Shown here piece after piece: positions 58,701 through 64,000 of a stretch of DNA of 64,000 nucleotides; within the stretch, counting starts at the first letter, position 1, and each line of letters begins with the position of its first letter. Made by a program: the position numbers and the translations under genes. The stretch lies in NCBI GenBank assembly GCA_009684525.1, contig WKKR01000008.1, forward strand, positions 23,386 through 87,385, read 5' to 3'. Source of the stretch: Geobacter sp. GTDB taxonomy: Bacteria > Desulfobacterota > Desulfuromonadia > Geobacterales > DSM-12255. The notes below the pieces were generated by a model, which did not search any database, was not told the origin of the DNA, and saw only the letters and a list, made by a program, of their open reading frames with translations.

Positions 58701-60323
58701 TGGTATAAGGGGATGAACTGCCGGAGCTGCCATTATTCCGTTACCACCGACGGTTATTCCATCAGCACTCCGGCCAAGCACAAGAACGGACAGTACGACC
58801 TGACGGCGCCGACCTGGGCCAAGCCGTTTACCTATACCTTTGCCAGCGGCGGCGGCACATGCGCTTCCCTTTCCTGCCATTCCGACGGGACATACATCGC
58901 CACCGGGGCAACCGTCACCTCGTCCGCCACCTGGGGAGGGGCAAGCCTCGGCTGCGGCTCCTGCCATGGCAATCCGCCCGCCTATGCCAATGGTGCGCCC
59001 AAGAAGAACAGCCATACGGCTCATGCCGATTATGTCTGCCAGTTCTGCCATTCCAGCGGCGGAAGCGGTTACACGCATGCCGACGGCAGCTATTCCGTCT
59101 ATCCGGCCTATTCGAACGCCCCGCTTTCCTATTCCTTCTCGGTTGGCGGTGGCTCCTGTAGCAACACCTACTGCCACAGCGATGGCACCTATGCGGCAAG
59201 CGGCGTTATCGGTAGTCCGAAGACGCTTTCCTGGGGCGGTTCGTCCCTCAACTGCACCTCGTGCCACGGCATGCCGCCTGCCTATGCCGACCGCACTCCC
59301 AAGTCGAACCTGCATGCGGAGCATGCTGCCTACGGATGCCAGGTCTGCCATGCCGAAATCACCACGGATGGCGTAACCATTGCCAACAGGGCACGCCACG
59401 CCGACCGTTTCTACGATGTGGCGAGCGACGGGACGGCAACCTTCACCTACACCTTCAATACCGGCGGGAGCAGCTGTGCCAGCGTATCCTGCCACACAAC
59501 AGCGCCGGCAAATGCCAACTGGAGCCATTATGCCAACGCCCCGGTCTCGATCTACAATGACCCCATCACCATTCCGACAGTATCGGTGACCGTGACCGTC
59601 GTGGCGAAATTCAGCGAGGATATGGATCCTTCCACCCTTAACCCGGAGACCTTCACCCTGGCAAACGGAGCGACACCGGTCTCTGCTGCGGTCAACTACG
59701 ACCCGGCGACGCGGACCGCTACCCTGACCCCGACTGCGCCCCTCGAATATGGCAATCCCCATGTTGCCACGCTCACCACCGGGGTGCGCAACGCCCTGGG
59801 CGGCACGCTCTCCCGTGCGTACACCCTGAACTTCACCACACAGTCCTCGCCGCAGCGGGTTACCCTGCTCCTGGCGACATTTCCGGGCTGGTGGATCTCG
59901 CCGTTCGGTGGAAACGGCTGGACCGGCATCTATCCAGGCTACAACGGCGGTACCGCACTTTACAACATGACCGACGGGTACGTGAAGACCACGGAGTCAG
60001 GCACTATCGACAACCAGCTCATATCCCCGCCGCTGGATTTCACCGGTTACCAGTCGGCCCTGGTCTCTTTCAGTTCCGCACTGTCGATCACCAATGTCAG
60101 CACTGTCGCCGATATCGACGTCAGCGTCAACGGCAGCGGTGGCCCCTGGATGAACGTCGCCCGAGCCACCTACGGGAACGCAAACCTGAGCGGTGCCAAC
60201 TTCTCGCTACTGGCCAAGGGAAAGAGCAACGTGGTGCTCCGTTTCAGGTTCACCTCAAGTAACAGCTCAGCAACCGGCTACTGGGGACTCGATAACATCT
60301 ACATCTACGGCGATCCCCGTTGA
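55749..60323 (+). CDS. Giant multiheme cytochrome c (Geobacter CxxxxCH...CxxCH repeat type) with C-terminal Ig-like and beta-sandwich domains
   Basis: I count 23 CxxCH, 10 Cx4CH and 1 Cx3CH; signal peptide; FSEDMDPSTL...YD..TRTATLTP...L Ig-like (Big_5-like) domain; LISPPLDF...LRF...WGLDNI terminal domain. Confidence 0.93.
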   Translation: MQALFGYVPRFTMIYTVLLLCVAGRAGAIECYQCHGTASSRDIRPLDATERSVSTGGFRGNHRSHVDPGSDAGSCVKCHSDAAAYGPGHRNGQIDLSADINASPVVAVYRNGSTTFPQRANPRLGSCTNVNCHFERETPVWGSPSLAAPSGCSQCHGTPPAGGGSGAAGSHAKHAEIFPGTEGCAVCHDDHLAEVNPFAHATSAGRRPLSLRLPGGSYSGSLDDYLPKSADNQFGSCSGVYCHSDGTNIVTGTLSTGTPVWGAADVCAACHGNPPAYASGSPKANSHQKHPFGCNRCHTATTTNGTAITTKANHRNGSYELSGPAGEAFSYGGVRQCTNSYCHGNGTNVATGAAANGTTTPSWGSGAALSCAACHAFPPAYAKGTPKANAHLLHNSYGYTCSQCHYATTRDGATLADANTAHANRAYDVSGPPGKPVTYTYGATGGSCTAYCHSSVQGKLNPADPPVYASPKWSDSYIRSCRNCHKAGYHAYDSFLMDTGSHFKHLQFDSTSHTCRMCHYTARYGSAGSCYECHNPNTTFIGSNPHYDTSPRGPEHANGVVDVAFHPDFPAAGATGSYSGDTMPGTAYGTCTNLYCHSQGTRATPPYAPANIPTVTWGSGPLPVDCSGCHGGDINASIPMATQSHDRHIGFDCAKCHAGTAYNSRSAIPNKPLSVEYQMYSKGSYHANGNVEVWFLNTTTAINGTYAGQTVTINRVPGTTPGRCTNIYCHSDGTVVVTGAVFTNNSTPLWGTSGRLDCGSCHGNPPAYPDGDPKGNAHQKHSADCKSCHYQTTADNSTINDRKKHAQHRYEVSGAPGITLTYSYAANGSSCSNVSCHSSGGASRDWGTSCIHCHGMPPAYPNYNPKANSHLGSHAALGCQHCHYSVTITGKTISDTSLHNNGKYTIAPGPGVAFTNNTSNTRRCSNVSCHSDGTSVATGAPHSVGISDWGNTALSCYGCHRDMYNLATFDYPNGSPKANSHYAHWYKGMNCRSCHYSVTTDGYSISTPAKHKNGQYDLTAPTWAKPFTYTFASGGGTCASLSCHSDGTYIATGATVTSSATWGGASLGCGSCHGNPPAYANGAPKKNSHTAHADYVCQFCHSSGGSGYTHADGSYSVYPAYSNAPLSYSFSVGGGSCSNTYCHSDGTYAASGVIGSPKTLSWGGSSLNCTSCHGMPPAYADRTPKSNLHAEHAAYGCQVCHAEITTDGVTIANRARHADRFYDVASDGTATFTYTFNTGGSSCASVSCHTTAPANANWSHYANAPVSIYNDPITIPTVSVTVTVVAKFSEDMDPSTLNPETFTLANGATPVSAAVNYDPATRTATLTPTAPLEYGNPHVATLTTGVRNALGGTLSRAYTLNFTTQSSPQRVTLLLATFPGWWISPFGGNGWTGIYPGYNGGTALYNMTDGYVKTTESGTIDNQLISPPLDFTGYQSALVSFSSALSITNVSTVADIDVSVNGSGGPWMNVARATYGNANLSGANFSLLAKGKSNVVLRFRFTSSNSSATGYWGLDNIYIYGDPR

Positions 60324-60458
60324 CAGGAGCGGGGTGCTGCCTGTGCCGCGGTTCCCGTGCCAGCGGCAGGGAAGAATGCCACAGAATGGCAATGTCGAAG
60401 ATAATGAGAGAAAGTGTTCGTTTTGTCGCGCTTTTTTGCTCGGCTCGGCGGTTTGGGA

Positions 60459-60474
60459 GGGCATGGTAATTGCT
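60459..60474 (+). promoter_or_regulatory. Candidate sigma54 (-24/-12) promoter
   Basis: GGGCATGGTAATTGCT: GGCA...TTGCT with N10 spacing; upstream palindrome TGCCA-N5-TGGCA at 60377-60391. Confidence 0.55.
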
Positions 60475-60549
60475 TAATTGATATGGTCTCATGTTTAAAT
60501 TTTTTGCCATGGCGTCTGAATGCGCTATCTGGCGGCATCTGCGGGGTGC

Positions 60550-62733
60550 ATGCGCATGTTTCGCTTGAAGCCGGGTCTGTCATTTGCCTGTCAGATGACA
60601 CTGTTTCTGCTCGTTCTGCCGTTTCCCGCAGCTGCCATCGAATGTTACCAGTGTCACGGCAGTTCAGGCAGTGCGGATTACCGACCGCTCGATGCCCCCT
60701 ACCGCAATATCACCAGCGGCGGCTTCCAGGGGAATCACCGGACCCATATGGCAGGGCCGGCCAGCGCTGCCGCCTGCGCCGCCTGTCACCCCGGTGCCGC
60801 TGCCTATGGCCCGTCGCACCGTAACTCCCTAATCGAGCTCTCTCCGAACATCAACGACTCCCCCCTTGCTGCCGTCTACCGGAACGGTTCGACCGCCTTT
60901 CCGCAGCGCACCGCGCCCCGGCTGGGCAGTTGCAGCAACGTCAACTGCCACTTCGAGCGGCAGACCCCGATCTGGGGCAGCCAGCCTTTTACTGCTCCGG
61001 GCAGTTGCAGCCAATGCCACGGCGCTCCCCCCCAGGGTGGTGCCAGCGGTCTGATCGGCAGCCATACCACGCACAACAACTATTATGGCGGGATCGACAA
61101 GTGCCGCCTCTGCCATGCCGACAACCTCGGCGCATTGGCCCCCTTTGCCCATGCCACCAGCGCCGGCAGGAGGCCGCTCATCGTCACGCCGCACAACCCC
61201 GCGGGGGTCCCCGGCGGCACCTATGCGGGACCGCTCGATGATTACCTGCCCAGTAGCCCTGCCAAGCAGTTCGGCAGTTGCAGCATGGTCTATTGCCATT
61301 CCACGGTTCAGTCCGGGAGCGACGGGACCGGCCCGCCGGTTTACGGGACACCTACCTGGGGAGCCGCCACCGGTTGCAAGGGGTGCCATGCCGAGATTGA
61401 CGACCATGGCGGGATTGCTGCGGATGGGGAACGATGGATTGCCACCGGGAACCATCGAACCCACAATGCCTATCGCTTCGATACCTACGGTTCAGTCATC
61501 GTCAAGTGCACCATGTGCCATTCCTGGACACTTGGCCCGCTCGGCGGCGGCTGCGGCGGCCGCTGCCACACGGACAACCAGAAGCTGTATGCCAACCATG
61601 CCAACGGCAAGGTAGATGTTGTCTTCAAGCCCGAGTTCACCGTTGGCAGCTACAGCGGCAGCGGCATTCCGCGTAGCGGCTTCGGCAACTGCTCCAATAC
61701 CTACTGCCACAGCAACGGCTCCTCGGTGGCGACCGGTTCCATCCCGGCCAACACCACGGTGCGTTGGGGATCGCCAACACTTGCCTGTAACGGCTGCCAC
61801 GGCTATCCGCCGGCCTATGCCAACGGCTCGCCCAAGGCAAACAAGCATGGCAACCATAGCTTCGGCTGCAACGTCTGCCATAGCGCCACCACCAGCGACG
61901 GCGCCACCATAATCGCTCCGGGCGGCTACTACGGGATCGAGAATCACGTCGACAAGGCCTACACGGTCGTTGCCGGTGGTGGCGCCTCGTTTACCTACGC
62001 GTTTGCGACAACTGGGGGGAGTTGCACCAGCATAAGCTGCCATCAGGGGGGGAATGCGAGTTGGGGAAGCAGTACCAGTCATGCTGCCGAGCTGGGGACA
62101 GGCGTCATTCTGATGGGCCTGGACAACAGCGACCATGGTACCGGCTTCGGGATCGAGGAGAACTGCTCGCTATGCCACTACGCCAGCCTGGCTGCCCAGC
62201 ATGCCAACAACTGCGCGCTCTGCCATGCAGGCGCCAACTTGGCCGGGTCACTGATCGGCAGCTGGAACCGGACCTGTCAGCAGGGAGCGTGCCACCCTTC
62301 GTTCCACACAGAAATGACCGGCGATCACAACGGCATCTACTGGGATTCATCATCCAGTTGCGCCCTCTGCCACGATACCAGCGGCGGGGATTTCCCCGGG
62401 CCTGGGGACAACTGCCTCCGCTGCCATAACCCGTCCCTCACGGCGGCTGCGGTCGGCGACCATCTGCCGCCCACAACGGTCACGGATGCGCTTGCCCTCT
62501 ATGTCGGGCCGGGCGTCATCCATCTGACCGCCACGGACGCCGGCACCTCCGGGGTCTCGCTCACCCGTTTTTCCCTGGATGGCAAGACCTGGGTGCTGGG
62601 GAACGCGGCCTATTTTTCCGCACCGACCAGCGGGTCGCGCAGCCACACCCTGCAGTTCTACTCTACCGACCATGCCATGAACATCGAGGCAGTGCAGACC
62701 ATCACCTTTGTCGTCCAGGCAGCAGGGGGCTAG
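60550..62733 (+). CDS. Multiheme cytochrome c paralog with C-terminal Ig-like domain
   Basis: I count 12 CxxCH, 5 Cx4CH and 1 Cx3CH; N-terminal ~230 aa homologous to 55749-60323; PPTT...LTATD.G.SGV...FSLDG...H.L.FYSTD...N.E terminal domain; start uncertain (60520/60550/60556). Confidence 0.9.
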   Translation: MRMFRLKPGLSFACQMTLFLLVLPFPAAAIECYQCHGSSGSADYRPLDAPYRNITSGGFQGNHRTHMAGPASAAACAACHPGAAAYGPSHRNSLIELSPNINDSPLAAVYRNGSTAFPQRTAPRLGSCSNVNCHFERQTPIWGSQPFTAPGSCSQCHGAPPQGGASGLIGSHTTHNNYYGGIDKCRLCHADNLGALAPFAHATSAGRRPLIVTPHNPAGVPGGTYAGPLDDYLPSSPAKQFGSCSMVYCHSTVQSGSDGTGPPVYGTPTWGAATGCKGCHAEIDDHGGIAADGERWIATGNHRTHNAYRFDTYGSVIVKCTMCHSWTLGPLGGGCGGRCHTDNQKLYANHANGKVDVVFKPEFTVGSYSGSGIPRSGFGNCSNTYCHSNGSSVATGSIPANTTVRWGSPTLACNGCHGYPPAYANGSPKANKHGNHSFGCNVCHSATTSDGATIIAPGGYYGIENHVDKAYTVVAGGGASFTYAFATTGGSCTSISCHQGGNASWGSSTSHAAELGTGVILMGLDNSDHGTGFGIEENCSLCHYASLAAQHANNCALCHAGANLAGSLIGSWNRTCQQGACHPSFHTEMTGDHNGIYWDSSSSCALCHDTSGGDFPGPGDNCLRCHNPSLTAAAVGDHLPPTTVTDALALYVGPGVIHLTATDAGTSGVSLTRFSLDGKTWVLGNAAYFSAPTSGSRSHTLQFYSTDHAMNIEAVQTITFVVQAAGG

Positions 62734-62771
62734 CGGCGGACTGCCCGCAGCGCTCCGCCCTGCGTTCCGTC

Positions 62772-64000
62772 TCAGTCGATCGGCCACCCCTTCTCAAACC
62801 CCTCCGGAAAGAATTTCTCCCTGGTCCGGTTAAAGTAGCCGTACTGGATGTGCGGGAACGCCTCCTTGATCCTCTGCATCATCCGGTACATGCCGATCCC
62901 CCGCCCCTTGACTCCCATTCTCTTGTTGTAGAAATCCGGATCGATGGAGAGGTTGCGCATCTGGATCATGTCCACTCCGGTCCGGCCGATAAAGGCGAGC
63001 AGCTTCTCCACCTCGTCGGGATGGTCGGTGACGCCGGGGGAGACCAGGTAGTTGATCATAGTGAAGCGGTCGGCCTCTTTCGCTATTTTCAGCGATTCCT
63101 CCACTGCATCGAAGCGGTACTGCACCGGCCGGTAATAGGCATTGTAGAGCTCCTCGCGCACCGAGTTGAGGGAGAAGCGGAACGAGTCCATGCCGGCGTC
63201 GCAGAGCAGTCGAATCCGGTCGGGAAAGGAGCCGTTGGAGTTGAAGTTGACCGTGCCGCGGCTGGTGGCCCCCTTCAGCCGCCGGGTCGCTTCGGCTACG
63301 GTCTCCGCCTGCATGATCGGGTCCCCTTCGCACCCCTGGCCGTAGGAGACGATCGGCTCGTCCGCTTCGTTCAGGTGCGGCAACATCAGCTCGCAGATCT
63401 CTTCCGGGGTGGGGACAAAGCTGATCCGCTCGTGATTGGAGGGGCAACAGTCCGACGGCTGCAGGCTGATGCAGCCGAGGCAGCGTGAGTTGCAGGCCGG
63501 TGAGGTGGGGATGGGGGCCTCCCAGCGGCGGTAGAAAAGGTTCTTGGCGGCAAAGCAGTGGTAGTCGACGGCGCAGCGGGCAAGCTGCACCAGCAGGCGG
63601 TTGCCGGGGAATTCTGCCACCCGCTGCCGGACCAGGGGGTCGAGCAGGCGGTCGTCGTAGTTGCGCGGCAGCCAGTTTTCGTTGGTGTCCACCCTGGTCG
63701 CCGCCACCACGAACCGTTCCGTCTCTTCGTCCCAGCCCACGGCGGTGTAGGACCACAAGGGGAGGTGGACCTTCTTCCGACTGTAATCGCAGGCTGGCAG
63801 CAGGGTCCGAACGTAGCCCGGCGCCATGAAGGCGGAAACCGCCTGGATGCGCATATCGCGCCGTCCCTCGCGGACCGTCTCCACCGTGGCGAACTTGCGC
63901 TGCCGCTCGTCCCAGGCAATGGGCGGGGTCTGGGGGATGGTGAAGAGCCGGCTGTCCTCCGGAAGCGGGATCAGTTCCACGGTCTCGGGGAGCACCGGTT
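62772..64000 (-). CDS. Radical SAM protein, 5' end outside the window
   Basis: CNSRCLGC CxxxCxxC motif, SYGQGCEGDP, NFNSNGS; frame open to the window edge. Confidence 0.9.
   Translation of the reverse strand, partial: PVLPETVELIPLPEDSRLFTIPQTPPIAWDERQRKFATVETVREGRRDMRIQAVSAFMAPGYVRTLLPACDYSRKKVHLPLWSYTAVGWDEETERFVVAATRVDTNENWLPRNYDDRLLDPLVRQRVAEFPGNRLLVQLARCAVDYHCFAAKNLFYRRWEAPIPTSPACNSRCLGCISLQPSDCCPSNHERISFVPTPEEICELMLPHLNEADEPIVSYGQGCEGDPIMQAETVAEATRRLKGATSRGTVNFNSNGSFPDRIRLLCDAGMDSFRFSLNSVREELYNAYYRPVQYRFDAVEESLKIAKEADRFTMINYLVSPGVTDHPDEVEKLLAFIGRTGVDMIQMRNLSIDPDFYNKRMGVKGRGIGMYRMMQRIKEAFPHIQYGYFNRTREKFFPEGFEKGWPID

Noticed and set aside
62772-64000. Radical SAM enzyme as a maturase for the adjacent cytochromes
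   Set aside because: It is convergent, truncated by the window, and nothing beyond adjacency links them.

Overview
A GC-rich Geobacteraceae-like (Desulfuromonadales) chromosomal window. The taxon is inferred from the omcF-like cytochrome, the CxxxxCH/CxxCH multiheme cytochromes and gene order. Most of it is core genes: a PAS-GGDEF cyclase, an ABC-F/lon/mlaEFD operon, rne-OMP-fluC-DUF190, a sucAB-lpdA-aconitase-pdhABC-LonC-omcF cluster, a TetR-controlled MacAB/TolC-type efflux cluster plus MATE, an S1 paralog, and three multiheme cytochromes (about 15, 34 and 18 heme motifs). The most unusual part is 3.6-16 kb. A ~95-bp module (8-bp-arm palindrome xGTGTAAA-N5-TTTACACx, exact IHF consensus, TTGATT-N17-TACACC promoter) occurs three times, each time heading accessory DNA. 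The third copy heads a small unknown gene, a 20-bp repeat array, an attI-like GTT core and an AT-rich array of integron-type cassettes with attC hairpins (HNH nuclease, SnoaL-like and unknown proteins). No integrase gene lies in the window. I found no tRNA, rRNA or CRISPR array. All annotation is by eye and from recalled motifs; no database searches were run.
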